Shown: positions 1 to 9,170 of the stretch, one piece after another
Position numbering within the stretch: the first letter of the stretch is position 1
How the letters are laid out: each line of letters begins with the position of its first letter
From: an uncultured bacterium
Lineage (GTDB): Bacteria; SAR324; NAC60-12
Direction of reading: 5' to 3'
DNA: 64,000 bases
NCBI GenBank assembly: GCA_965662235.1
Contig: CBFIGY010000013.1
Span: 11,867-75,866 of the forward strand
Notes under the pieces: model-generated
The model's input: only the letters and a program-made list of their open reading frames with translations
Told to the model about the DNA's origin: nothing
The model's database searches: none
Position numbers and translations under genes: made by a program

Positions 1-340
1 GTTCGTCCAGAGGCGTTTCGGCCAGGCGTGGAAGCAGGTACGCGGCCCGGGAGACCGGGTTCCGGAGCGTCTCCACCGCCCGGTTGAGCAACGACGAAGA
101 CACCTCGCTCTGGTGCTGTTCACGGCGTCCGGAGGCCGCATAGAAATCCGGATGCAGCTCCACCACAAGCTGCTGAAAGCGTTCCTCCAGCTCGTTGAGG
201 TCCAGTGCATAGGACACCGGCAGACCAACGGCCTCAAAGTAACTCAGCGTGTGGGGAGGGTGCTGCAGGGTGTTGCAGGTGAAGCAGAACAGCCGAGACT
301 GCAGGGCTGCTTCACACTGCTCACAAGAGAAGGAACTCAA
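1..340 (-). CDS. hscB: Fe-S cluster co-chaperone HscB, 5' portion only (gene runs off window start); probable TTG start near 340
   Basis: Minus-strand translation of 1-340 gives SSFSCEQCEAALQSRLFCFTCNTLQ...SYFEAVGLPVSYALDLNELEERFQQLVVELHPDFYAASGRREQ. This is a J-domain-like HPD-type motif (HPDF) preceded by two CxxC pairs. It lies immediately downstream of iscU in the iscRSU order. No ATG is present; TTG sits at about 338-340. Confidence 0.55.
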   Translation of the reverse strand, partial: MSSFSCEQCEAALQSRLFCFTCNTLQHPPHTLSYFEAVGLPVSYALDLNELEERFQQLVVELHPDFYAASGRREQHQSEVSSSLLNRAVETLRNPVSRAAYLLPRLAETPLDE

Positions 341-344
341 GGGC

Positions 345-719
345 TCAGGCTCGAGACTTGTAGTCCTTGATCGCCGCCTTGATGGCGTCCTCGGCCAGGA
401 CCGAGCAGTGGATCTTGACCGGAGGCAGGGACAGTTCCTCAACGATCTCGGTGTTCTTGATGGCCATTGCTTCATCAAGGGTCCGGCCCTTGACCCACTC
501 GGTGGCCAAAGAGGAGGAAGCAATCGCGGAGCCGCATCCGAAGGTCTTGAACTTGGCGTCCACAATGCGGTCGTCTTCCACCTTGATCTGCAGCTTCATG
601 ACGTCTCCGCACTCCGGAGCGCCCACGAGTCCGGTGCCCACGCCTTCTTCTTCCTTACCGAAGCTTCCGACGTTCCGGGGGTCTTGGTAGTGGTCAACCA
701 CTTTTTCACTGTAAGCCAT
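345..719 (-). CDS. iscU: Fe-S cluster assembly scaffold IscU
   Basis: MAYSEKVVDHYQDPRNVGSF...GAPECGDVMKLQIKVED...FKTFGCGSAIASSS...HCSVLAEDAIKAAIKDYK. Near-identical in pattern to the E. coli IscU N-terminus, with the conserved Cys triad. Confidence 0.92.
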   Translation of the reverse strand: MAYSEKVVDHYQDPRNVGSFGKEEEGVGTGLVGAPECGDVMKLQIKVEDDRIVDAKFKTFGCGSAIASSSLATEWVKGRTLDEAMAIKNTEIVEELSLPPVKIHCSVLAEDAIKAAIKDYKSRA

Positions 720-743
720 TGAGTCTCCTGTATCAAAAAGGGA

Positions 744-1958
744 TTAGTGAGAGGTCCACTGGACCGTCGTGAGGTCAATGCCGTCTTGCACCATTTCATA
801 AAGCGGAGACATCTCTCGCAGGCGCTTGACGGCCTTGGTGACCTCAGCTGCTGCATAATCCACCTCCTCCAGAGTCGTGAAGCGACCCACGCCGAAGCGG
901 ATGGAGGAGTGGGCTAGGTCGTCTCCAACGCCCAGCGCGTGCAGCACATAAGAAGGTTCCAGGCTGGCGGAGGTGCAGGCGGATCCGGAGGAGACCGCAA
1001 TGTCTCCAATGCCCATCATCAGGCTTTCGCCCTCCACGTACCCGAAGCTCAGGTTCAGGTTGTTCGGAAGCCGCTCCGTGGGGTGCCCGTTGAGGAAGAC
1101 GTAATCCAGCTCAGCGGTCAGCTTGCTGTAAAGGCGCTGGCGGAGGCTGATCTGCCGCTCAGTTTCCGAAGCCATTTCCTCAGCACACAGCTCAGCGGCC
1201 TTGGCCATGCCCACCACACCGGTCACATTGAGGGTTCCGGAACGGAGGCCCCGCTCGTGGCCACCGCCAAACATCACCGGGGCCAGACGAGCCCGGGGAC
1301 GCTTCCGTCGGACGTACAGCGCCCCAACGCCCTTAGGTCCATACATCTTGTGACCACTCAGGGAGAGGAGGTCGATGTTCATCTCATCCACATTGATCGG
1401 AATCTTGGCGTAGGCCTGAGTGGCATCGGTGTGGAAAAGCACCCCGTGCTTGCGCGTGATGCGTCCAATCTCAGCCAGCGGATGCAGGGTGCCAATCTCG
1501 TTGTTTCCTGCCATCAGCGAAACCAGCACCGTGTCCGGACGGATGGAGCGTTCCAGCTGCTCCAGGTCAATGCAACCGTCCTTGTCCACGTCCAAGAAGG
1601 TCACGTCCCACCCCTGCTGCTCCAGCGCATGAAAGGGGTCAATGACCGCCTTGTGCTCAATGGGACTGGTGATCAGGTGCTTGCCCTTGCTCTTGTGAAA
1701 CTCGGCAGCGCCCAGAATGGCAATGTTGTTGGACTCCGTGGCTCCGCTGGTGAAGATGATCTCCTTGCCGGTGGCATGGATGACGCTTCCCAGCAGCTCA
1801 CGCGCGTCTTCCACAGCCTTCTCCGCCGTCCAGCCAAAGGAATGGTTCCGGCTGGCAGCATTGCCGTAGATTTCCGTGAAGTACGGGAGCATGGCCTCCA
1901 CCACCCGAGGATCCGTGGGGGTGGTGGCATTGTAATCAAGATAAATTGGCAGTTTCAT
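744..1958 (-). CDS. iscS: cysteine desulfurase IscS (start placed at [14 protein letters not shown], internal to the longer ORF)
   Basis: [19 protein letters not shown] matches the IscS N-terminus. PLP-lysine motif [20 protein letters not shown] and active-site loop [21 protein letters not shown] are present. The CAT at 1956-1958 was verified on the plus strand. Confidence 0.92.
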   Translation of the reverse strand: MKLPIYLDYNATTPTDPRVVEAMLPYFTEIYGNAASRNHSFGWTAEKAVEDARELLGSVIHATGKEIIFTSGATESNNIAILGAAEFHKSKGKHLITSPIEHKAVIDPFHALEQQGWDVTFLDVDKDGCIDLEQLERSIRPDTVLVSLMAGNNEIGTLHPLAEIGRITRKHGVLFHTDATQAYAKIPINVDEMNIDLLSLSGHKMYGPKGVGALYVRRKRPRARLAPVMFGGGHERGLRSGTLNVTGVVGMAKAAELCAEEMASETERQISLRQRLYSKLTAELDYVFLNGHPTERLPNNLNLSFGYVEGESLMMGIGDIAVSSGSACTSASLEPSYVLHALGVGDDLAHSSIRFGVGRFTTLEEVDYAAAEVTKAVKRLREMSPLYEMVQDGIDLTTVQWTSH

Positions 1959-2385
1959 ACGGCTCTTTGGTACCTGAGGGAAGCACCGCTTCCTCAATGA
2001 TCGACGCAAGGGTGGTGTCTTCCATGAACGCTTGGATGCGCTGATGAAGCACCGTCAAGGGACCGCGGGTGGGACAATTTTGAGCCACCTGACAACGGTC
2101 CTCCTCATGAATGCATTCTACAAGTTGAAACTCCCCGTCCATGGCCCGCACCACCTCTGCCAGCGTAATGTCAACCGCCGGACGCGCTAGGACGTAACCG
2201 CCCCGTTGCCCCCGGATCGACTCGGCCACCCCGGCCCCCACGAGCTGCTTGAGGATGTTTGCCGCCATCGGCTGAGGCAGATGGTAGTGCGTGGCCACTT
2301 CCTGAGCACTCACGGGGACCTGAGACTCTCCAAGATGACTGAGCAGAATGATGGCGTAGTCGGTCTTTTTGGAAAGCTTCAACAT
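1936..2385 (-). CDS. iscR: Rrf2-family transcriptional regulator IscR
   Basis: [18 protein letters not shown]...[24 protein letters not shown]...[19 protein letters not shown]. Rrf2 winged helix plus Cys cluster. Sits upstream of iscS-iscU and overlaps the iscS start by 23 nt. Confidence 0.8.
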   Translation of the reverse strand: MLKLSKKTDYAIILLSHLGESQVPVSAQEVATHYHLPQPMAANILKQLVGAGVAESIRGQRGGYVLARPAVDITLAEVVRAMDGEFQLVECIHEEDRCQVAQNCPTRGPLTVLHQRIQAFMEDTTLASIIEEAVLPSGTKEPYETANLS

Positions 2386-2423
2386 TGTCGGATTCCCTGA
2401 TGAATTTTAACCTGAAATCAAAT

Positions 2424-2442
2424 TAGCACTGGTTCGGTGCTA
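2424..2442. promoter_or_regulatory. perfect 6-bp-arm palindrome TAGCAC-N7-GTGCTA about 40-55 bp upstream of iscR; candidate IscR (Rrf2) operator
   Basis: attagcactggttcggtgctattt read directly from sequence. Location relative to iscR matches the autoregulated isc promoter architecture. Confidence 0.3.
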
Positions 2443-2586
2443 TTTCAAACAGAAATCCGCAGAAGGGGGAGAAATTCCTGAAGGGGACATGGAAGGAGGA
2501 CAAACGCCCAAGAGCCGTTTTCCGGGGCAGGACGCCCCTCCCTTGGAGATCGGGAAGGGGGGTTGGGTCAAGGCGAACCCGTTTGG

Positions 2587-2832
2587 TCAGGGACGCTCGG
2601 TGACCTCGAGGGCGGTGTTGACCATCAGGGCCGACTGCCCATCTCGGTTGAGCACCTCGATCTCCAGGGAGTCCGGAGCAATCTTGAAGTAGCGGGAAAT
2701 GACCTCGTACAGGTCACGCTTCATGGCGCCCTGATCGGCATCTGAAAGCTGGATCCGGTCCTTGCTGAGCACAAGCTGCAGCCGGTTTTTCGCTGCGCTG
2801 GCGCTCGGTTTCTTGCGCAATAGGCTAAACAT
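2587..2832 (-). CDS. minE: cell division topological specificity factor MinE
   Basis: MFSLLRKKPSASAAKNRLQLVLSKDR...DLYEVISRYFKI. Typical MinE N-terminal anti-MinCD helix. Located downstream of minD. Confidence 0.85.
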   Translation of the reverse strand: MFSLLRKKPSASAAKNRLQLVLSKDRIQLSDADQGAMKRDLYEVISRYFKIAPDSLEIEVLNRDGQSALMVNTALEVTERP

Positions 2833-2843
2833 GGGGGGCTCCT

Positions 2844-3623
2844 TTACCTTCCGAAGAGTTTGGCCAACAGTCCGCGTTTTTCCTCAAAGCTGGGAATCGC
2901 CAGGTCTTCTCCCATCAGGCGACGGGAGATGCGGTGGTAGGCTTGGCCAGCGGGAGAGTGCTCATTGAGCACGGCCGGAATGCCCTGGTTGCCGGAAACC
3001 ACGATTTCTGAATCTTCTGGAACCACGCCCAGCAGGTGAACGGAGAGGATGTCCACCACGTCTTCCTGACTCATCATCTCACCGGCCTCCACCATGCGGA
3101 CGGAGAGACGGTTGACCACTAGGTCCGTGTTGACGTCATGGTGCTGAAGGAGGCCGATGATGCGGTCGGCATCACGGACCGCAGAGACCTCTGGCGTGGT
3201 CACCACCAGTGCCCGGTCGGCTCCTGAGATCGCATTCCGGAAGCCCTGCTCAATGCCGGCCGGACAGTCGATCATGACAAAATCAAACTCCTGCTTGAGC
3301 TCCTGGTTGAGCTTTTCCATCTCTTCTGGAGAGACGGCGTTCTTGTCATCCACCTGTGAGGTCGCCAGGAGGAACAGGTTCGGGTTCCGCTTGTCCCGGA
3401 TCAGGGCCTGACGGGCCGAGCACCGTCCCTTGACCACATCCACAAGGTTGTAGACGATTCGGTTCTCCAACCCCATGATCAGGTCTAGGTTCCGTAAGCC
3501 GATGTCGGCATCGACCGCCACCACCTTCTTCCCAGCGTTGGCCAAAGCGGTGCTCAGGTTGGCCGTGGTTGTGGTTTTCCCCACCCCCCCTTTTCCGGAG
3601 GTGACGACAATGGCTTCACTCAT
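2844..3623 (-). CDS. minD: septum site-determining ATPase MinD
   Basis: MSEAIVVTSGKGGVGKTTTTANL deviant Walker A. Full-length ParA/MinD-type ATPase of about 259 aa with C-terminal amphipathic KLFGR. Confidence 0.95.
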   Translation of the reverse strand: MSEAIVVTSGKGGVGKTTTTANLSTALANAGKKVVAVDADIGLRNLDLIMGLENRIVYNLVDVVKGRCSARQALIRDKRNPNLFLLATSQVDDKNAVSPEEMEKLNQELKQEFDFVMIDCPAGIEQGFRNAISGADRALVVTTPEVSAVRDADRIIGLLQHHDVNTDLVVNRLSVRMVEAGEMMSQEDVVDILSVHLLGVVPEDSEIVVSGNQGIPAVLNEHSPAGQAYHRISRRLMGEDLAIPSFEEKRGLLAKLFGR

Positions 3624-3670
3624 GGAGTCCTCAATCGCTCAAAAAGTTGGCAGCGCGGCGCGCTACAGGG

Positions 3671-4546
3671 TCACAGTTTCAGGGTGCCTAGGGTGATCAG
3701 GGGCAGGCCGCTGCGGCCCATCCCCCGCTTCTTGTTTTCGTGACGGCGGGCTCCTTGGATCAACGCCTGCAGCTCCGACATTTCATAGGGCGGGCTTTCA
3801 ATGACAATCTGACCGTTTTCCACAAAGGCCTTTTCTGGCCCGAGGAGGTACGGGGAGGCTTCTTCGGCAGGAGGACGGGCATACAGGCCCCCGATGCGCA
3901 GCTGCGTCGGGGCCAGCCGCAGGGCAAACACCACCGCACTCAGGTCCCCGGAAGCACCGGCGTGCACCACCCCCCGGACGGCGCCCAGCACCATCACGTT
4001 GCCCTCAGAGACAATCTCGGCGCCCGCGTTCAGGTCTCCGAACAGCACCACCGACTCCTGGGTGTGCACCTTCTGTCCGGACCGCAGGGTCTGGGCGACA
4101 ATCAGTCCTGCTTCAGTCTGCAGTCCAGCCAGGGGGTCCTCTTCCTCCACCACCGGCACCTCCACTTCCACCACCTCCGCAGGCACCTCCAGGGTGGGGA
4201 GGGAGAGCTGAGCCTGAAGCGGCAGGGGTGGGGGTTCCGGGACCGCAGGAGGGGCAGTGGGCTCCGGAGGAAGGAGCTGCAGATCTCCTTCTTTCAGAAT
4301 GGACTGAAGGCTGTCAAACTCTTCCGAGGTGACCGGGCGTCCGGGACGGAGGCGGATGGGGGAGCCTTTGAAGAACCGGTGGATCGAGTGCTCCTGCACC
4401 AAGCGGCGTAGATCCTGCTGGACCCGGGCAAAGGGGACCGAATCGTCCAGCACCAGGCCCAAGGAGCCGCCATATCCCTTGATTTCCACCGAGCGTTCGG
4501 CCTCAGCCCAACCCATTTTCCATCCATTGAGTACTGTGGTTGCCAC
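3671..4546 (-). CDS. minC: septum formation inhibitor MinC
   Basis: C-terminal beta-helix domain GNVMVLGAVRGVVHAGASGD, Pro-rich interdomain linker, and position directly upstream of minD-minE. Confidence 0.75.
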   Translation of the reverse strand: MATTVLNGWKMGWAEAERSVEIKGYGGSLGLVLDDSVPFARVQQDLRRLVQEHSIHRFFKGSPIRLRPGRPVTSEEFDSLQSILKEGDLQLLPPEPTAPPAVPEPPPLPLQAQLSLPTLEVPAEVVEVEVPVVEEEDPLAGLQTEAGLIVAQTLRSGQKVHTQESVVLFGDLNAGAEIVSEGNVMVLGAVRGVVHAGASGDLSAVVFALRLAPTQLRIGGLYARPPAEEASPYLLGPEKAFVENGQIVIESPPYEMSELQALIQGARRHENKKRGMGRSGLPLITLGTLKL

Positions 4547-4639
4547 AAAGACCTCCTATATCTAGCACATGCTTGAAAAGACACAACTCTTTCACCTAGA
4601 CTTTCTCGACGCTGCGTCCGGACGGGACGCTGGAGGCGC

Positions 4640-5077
4640 ATGAGTTCTCTGGAGCTGGGACCGTGGGGACTGGTGGTGCTGGCTGGCGTGGCCCTGCTGG
4701 GACTCCTGGGCGCCCTGACGCTCGCCGTCCGGCACCGAGCGGTCCGGGCCAAAACCCGGTTTTCCCGCTGCGACCGGGTGGTCCGGGCGCCAGAGGCGGT
4801 GCTGTGGGGACGTCCGGTGGCCGACTGGGCCCTGGGGTTTTATGCCACTGCTCTGCTCAGTGTCGGGTTGGGGCTCTATCAGGACGCCCGCTGGCTGTGG
4901 CTTCTGGACGGGGCTGTTATTGTGGGGGTGGGAGCAACATGTTACTATGCGTTCGTTCTCTTGTTCCGACTCCGAGTGATGTGCCTCGGCTGCTTGAAAC
5001 TCTACTTCATCAACCTGTTGATGGCAGCCCTCCTGGTGGATTATCACTGGAATACGCTGATTCTTTTCTTCTCATAG
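4640..5077 (+). CDS. vitamin K epoxide reductase (VKOR)-family membrane protein
   Basis: 4-TM protein. SRCDRVVRAPEAVLWGRPVADWALGFY resembles the VKOR loop C..C..V..S....G.P.A..G...Y. CLGCLKLYFINLL matches the VKOR active-site CxxC-x3-Y-x-x-N. Confidence 0.55.
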   Translation: MSSLELGPWGLVVLAGVALLGLLGALTLAVRHRAVRAKTRFSRCDRVVRAPEAVLWGRPVADWALGFYATALLSVGLGLYQDARWLWLLDGAVIVGVGATCYYAFVLLFRLRVMCLGCLKLYFINLLMAALLVDYHWNTLILFFS

Positions 5078-5096
5078 ACTTCTTTCCAACGAGGCC

Positions 5097-7319
5097 ATGA
5101 TGGATGCATCCTTAAAGAGCTTGCTGACGCAGTCTGTCCAGCGGGACGTTTCCGATGAGATCTTTCCCTTCAGCACCTACCTGGAGTTGCTTCACCAAGA
5201 ACCGTGGGCGGCCCGGAACACCTTCCAGATGCTGCATGACATGATCCTGAGCAGTGGGGTCGAGCACGCCCTCATTTCCGGGAAGCCCATCAAGCACCAC
5301 TACCGGTTCTTTGAGAATGCAGAGATGATCGGCCCCTTTGTGGTGTTTGGGCAGCAGAAGGCCAAGGAAAACCTGATTGAAAAGATCAACAATGCCAGCC
5401 GCGGACTTGAGGCCTCCAAGCGCCTCTGGGTCCTGCTCGGTCCTCCGGGCGCTGCCAAGTCCCGCTCAATGGACGGCCTCAAGAACGCCCTCAAGGAGTA
5501 CTCCCTGAGCCCACAGGGCAAGACCTACACCCTGCTCCTGCCCACCGTCGATGAGCGTCTCAAGGACCGGGCTCTGTTTGAGGAAAACGGCGTCTGGTAC
5601 CTCCAGTCCCCCGTCTTTGAACGTCCGCTGCAGGTGATTCCAGAGTCGGCCCGCAAGGCCTTTGCGGCCCAGCTGACCCAAGAGCTTGACCGGACGGCTG
5701 TGGAGGAGTGGCTGCACCAGCACCCCCACTACGACGATGAGTTTGCCATCCAGATTTCCGGACGCCTGTCCCCCTTCTCAGACTACGTGCTGCAGGACTT
5801 CATGCGGGCGAAGCGCATTGGCTTTGTGGAGATGCTGGACTACCTCAAGGTCAAGCGCATGGTCTATGATGCGCAGACCAAGACCGGCATCGGCTCCTAC
5901 ACGCCCCGGGATGAGAAGAGCCAGGAGGCCGGGTCCCTGGTTGGAAACATCGACTACAGCCTGCTCCCCCGCTTCGGCTCAGAAAGCCACCCCCTCGTCC
6001 ACGACTACAAGGGGGAACTGTGTGCCGGGGCCAACGGGTTTGTGGAGATCCATGAGATCCTCAAGCTCTCAGACAAGTTCCTCTATGAGATGCTGTTTGC
6101 CACCCAAGACCGCTTCTTCAAGCCAGAGGGGCAGCCGCCCATTCCGTTCAACGGGGTCATCATTGGGCACACCAACTTCCATGAGTTCAACATGTTCATG
6201 GAAAACTCCTCGTTTGAGGCCCTGCGGTCCCGGACGACCTTCATTGAGATGCCGCTCTCCGTGGACTACCGGCAGGAGCAGAAGATCTATGAGTTCACCT
6301 ACGCCAACGCGAGCCGGAACTGGAGCAAGTCCAAGAAGCACCTGGCCCACACGGCTCCGCACAGCCTGACGCTGCTGAGCCTTGTCTCGGCCATGTCCCG
6401 CCTCTACGAAAGCAAGCAGAATCCGAACCTGACGTTGCTGCAGAAGGCCCTCATCTATGCCGGACGGGCGGACAGCGGGGTGGACAACAACCTGGCCAAG
6501 ATGATCATTGACGAGTTCGAGTTCACCAAGCCCTCCGAGGGAACCTTTGGGCTCGACCCCCGCTTCATTCAGAACGTCTTTGAAAACACGGAGCACTTCC
6601 AGATCAACGAGTATGCAGCCAACATCAAACGGCTTCAGGAAGAGTCTGGTGACCACGCGATGCTCACCTCCATTGCTCTGGAGAACCCCTGTGTGACACC
6701 GCTGGACCTCTACGTCCGCATGCAGAACAGCATCAAGGACAGCTTTGCTTCTCAGAAGTCCCGGCTCAATCACTACGTTGAGAAGATCCTTCCTCAGGCC
6801 AAGAGTTGGATCTTCGGACAGATTGCCAGTGACGTTTACAGCGCGATTTTACGGGACGATTCGGTGATTGAGACGACGTGGAAGAAGTACACCGACCACG
6901 TCCGGGCCTTTGTGCTCAACGCCAAGGTCAAGCATGAGGTCACGCAGACGGATGTGCAGCCTGATGAGAAGTTCATGCAGGCCATTGAGCAGTACCTGGG
7001 GGTTCCGGACAAGGATGTGTTCCGGAAGGAGCTCAGTGACGCCATTGCCAGCGTCAGCTACGGGGTCATTCTGGCCGATGAGCCGAGCTACCAGAATGCA
7101 ATCAAGAAGTATGTCTTTGAAAACGAGTTCAAGTCTGGGGAGAACATGAAGCTCCTGGGCTGGATCAAGAGCGGCACCAGCACCGCCGTGGTCAACGACA
7201 AGGAGCAGGAGCGGCTCAACGACACCATCCGCTACCTGGTGGAGGTCCAGGGCTACTGTGGGAAGTGTGCCTTCCAGGCGCTCACCATCACGGCCAACGC
7301 CTCCAGCATCACGCTCTAG
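5097..7319 (+). CDS. prkA: PrkA-family serine protein kinase (YeaG-like AAA+ kinase)
   Basis: LWVLLGPPGAAKSRSMDGLKNAL (P-loop) and NGVIIGHTNFHEFNMFMENSSFEALRSRTTFIEMPLSVDYRQEQKIYEF are collinear with E. coli YeaG motifs. 740 aa. Confidence 0.85.
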   Translation: MMDASLKSLLTQSVQRDVSDEIFPFSTYLELLHQEPWAARNTFQMLHDMILSSGVEHALISGKPIKHHYRFFENAEMIGPFVVFGQQKAKENLIEKINNASRGLEASKRLWVLLGPPGAAKSRSMDGLKNALKEYSLSPQGKTYTLLLPTVDERLKDRALFEENGVWYLQSPVFERPLQVIPESARKAFAAQLTQELDRTAVEEWLHQHPHYDDEFAIQISGRLSPFSDYVLQDFMRAKRIGFVEMLDYLKVKRMVYDAQTKTGIGSYTPRDEKSQEAGSLVGNIDYSLLPRFGSESHPLVHDYKGELCAGANGFVEIHEILKLSDKFLYEMLFATQDRFFKPEGQPPIPFNGVIIGHTNFHEFNMFMENSSFEALRSRTTFIEMPLSVDYRQEQKIYEFTYANASRNWSKSKKHLAHTAPHSLTLLSLVSAMSRLYESKQNPNLTLLQKALIYAGRADSGVDNNLAKMIIDEFEFTKPSEGTFGLDPRFIQNVFENTEHFQINEYAANIKRLQEESGDHAMLTSIALENPCVTPLDLYVRMQNSIKDSFASQKSRLNHYVEKILPQAKSWIFGQIASDVYSAILRDDSVIETTWKKYTDHVRAFVLNAKVKHEVTQTDVQPDEKFMQAIEQYLGVPDKDVFRKELSDAIASVSYGVILADEPSYQNAIKKYVFENEFKSGENMKLLGWIKSGTSTAVVNDKEQERLNDTIRYLVEVQGYCGKCAFQALTITANASSITL

Positions 7320-7858
7320 CTTGCCATGCGAGGAGGGGCCGGATACCGCTGCAGGATCCGCCCCTTCAGCGTCTCAATCAGCTGCTCTGCAGACGCCGAC
7401 ACAGGCGTAGAAAGCTCCCGTCCATAGTCCACCGACTCCGCTTCCACCAAGAATACCTTCACGTGCTGCGGGAAGCGGTCTGGGTAAAGCTGCCTTCCGG
7501 TCACCAGGGCCTGATCCCAGCGGAAGTCGTGCGAGTTGAAGGCCACCTCCGAGTGAGTCGGCAGCTCTTCCTCCGTCAGTTCCAGCAGCGTTCCGGCCGG
7601 AGCGTCACTGGTGCACGCGTCAATCACCCACAACTCCTCACACCCCTGGGCCAGGAACATCAGGTCGATTCCGGACGTCCCGGCCTCAACCAGATGCACC
7701 TCCGGAGGGAGGGTGGGCAGCTGACGCTGGAGGGCTTCAATTACATGCACCCCCACCCCGTCGTCCTGACGGTTCAGGTTGCCGCAACCGATCACTCCCA
7801 ACGGAGTTGACCCCGAACGGAGGTCGCGTTTTTTCTTCTTGCTGGAACCTCTTTGCAT
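7316..7858 (-). CDS. hydrogenase maturation endopeptidase (HyaD/HybD family); start uncertain because of a basic N-terminal extension
   Basis: LGVIGCGNLNRQDDGVGVHVIEALQ...VHLVEAGTSGIDLMF...LWVIDAC is typical of the family. No hydrogenase structural genes are in the window. Confidence 0.7.
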   Translation of the reverse strand: MQRGSSKKKKRDLRSGSTPLGVIGCGNLNRQDDGVGVHVIEALQRQLPTLPPEVHLVEAGTSGIDLMFLAQGCEELWVIDACTSDAPAGTLLELTEEELPTHSEVAFNSHDFRWDQALVTGRQLYPDRFPQHVKVFLVEAESVDYGRELSTPVSASAEQLIETLKGRILQRYPAPPRMAS

Positions 7859-7924
7859 TGTGCGCTAAGCTCATTGAATTGATTCAAAATGTGACACTCT
7901 TCAAGCAGTCCTCCCCTATCCAGT

Positions 7925-9124
7925 ATGCCCACAAATCTACGGAAGTATACCCCTCAATTTTCCCTCAAATACGGCTGCAATCCCCACCAGCAGCAAGCCG
8001 CGTTGCACACCCTGGGGGGCCTGTCGCTCCCGTTTCGGGTCCTCAACGGACAGCCCGGCTACATCAACCTTCTGGACGCGCTCAACGCCTGGCAGCTGGT
8101 GCAGGAGCTGGATGCAGCCCTAGGGCTCCCAGCCGCTGCGTCCTTCAAGCACGTCAGCCCTGCAGGAGCCGCTGTCGGCGTTCCCCTGAGCCACGAGCTG
8201 GAGCTTGCCTACGGAGTGTCCAATCGACGCCTGAGCCCCCTGGCTCTGGCCTACGTCCGGGCCCGAGGAGCCGACCCGATGTCGTCCTTTGGGGACTTCA
8301 TTGCGCTGAGCCGGACGGTTGATACCGAGACCGCAGAAGTGCTGCGGACCACGGTTTCCGATGGCGTCATTGCGCCCGGATACGACGCTGAGGCCCTCCA
8401 TGTGCTGCAGCAGAAGAAGCAGGGCAACTACCTGGTGCTGCAGGTGGAGGAAACCTACTCGGCGCCAGAGCAGGAATTCCGCGAGGTCTTTGGCGTGGGC
8501 TTCGAGCAAACCCGCAACACGCATCCTCTGACCGCTGAAACCCTGCTGCACACCCGGGTCACGGACCAGCAGGAGCTGCCCGACGACGCCCAGCGCGACC
8601 TCGTCCTGGCCTCCATCACCCTCAAGTACACGCAGTCGAACTCGGTCGGATACGCCCTGGGCGGTCAGATGATCGGCATTGGCGCCGGACAGCAGAGCCG
8701 GATCGACTGCACCAAGCTGGCAGGACGCAAGGCGGACCTCTGGTTCCTGCGGCAGCATCCCAAGGTGCTGGAGCTACCGTTTGCCGATCACGTCAAAGGG
8801 GTGGCACGGACCAATGCCCGCATCGCCTACATTGAAGGAGACCTGACGCCTCCGGAGCAGGCACGGTGGGAACAGCTCTTCCTCCAGGTCCCGACGCCCC
8901 TGAGGGCGCCCACCAAGCGGAAGTGGCTGAGTGCCCAGACCGGTGTAAGCCTGGCCTCCGATGCCTTCTTCCCCTTCCGGGACAACCTAGATCAGGCCGC
9001 TCGGCATGGAGTGTCGTATGTGGTCCAACCGGGAGGGAGCAATCGAGATGAGGAAGTGATTGAGGCGGCAAATGAGTATGGCATGGTGATGGCGTTCTCC
9101 GGCATCCGCCTCTTCCACCACTAG
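7925..9124 (+). CDS. AICAR transformylase-domain protein (PurH C-terminal domain homologue lacking the IMP cyclohydrolase/MGS domain)
   Basis: KYGCNPHQQ (PurH YGENPHQ motif) and SDAFFPFRDNLD (PurH C-terminal SDAFFPF motif). 399 aa. Confidence 0.7.
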   Translation: MPTNLRKYTPQFSLKYGCNPHQQQAALHTLGGLSLPFRVLNGQPGYINLLDALNAWQLVQELDAALGLPAAASFKHVSPAGAAVGVPLSHELELAYGVSNRRLSPLALAYVRARGADPMSSFGDFIALSRTVDTETAEVLRTTVSDGVIAPGYDAEALHVLQQKKQGNYLVLQVEETYSAPEQEFREVFGVGFEQTRNTHPLTAETLLHTRVTDQQELPDDAQRDLVLASITLKYTQSNSVGYALGGQMIGIGAGQQSRIDCTKLAGRKADLWFLRQHPKVLELPFADHVKGVARTNARIAYIEGDLTPPEQARWEQLFLQVPTPLRAPTKRKWLSAQTGVSLASDAFFPFRDNLDQAARHGVSYVVQPGGSNRDEEVIEAANEYGMVMAFSGIRLFHH

Positions 9125-9170
9125 CCCCTGAGGAACGCAGGTCGAGCCCCCCGCCTGCGCCCCATCAGCA

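Noticed and set aside
939-2000. 353-aa plus-strand ORF antisense to iscS, plus many other long ORFs overlapping annotated genes on the opposite strand or in other frames (for example 3740-4411, 6069-6773, 9282-10289, 14340-15488, 16382-17383, 21052-22368, 23774-25837, 37712-38626, 43241-44092, 57577-58539, 59633-60508)
   Set aside because: High GC content suppresses stop codons in all frames. These ORFs lack recognisable motifs, have Arg/Pro/Gly-rich low-complexity translations typical of out-of-frame GC-rich sequence, and each overlaps a gene with strong homology evidence.
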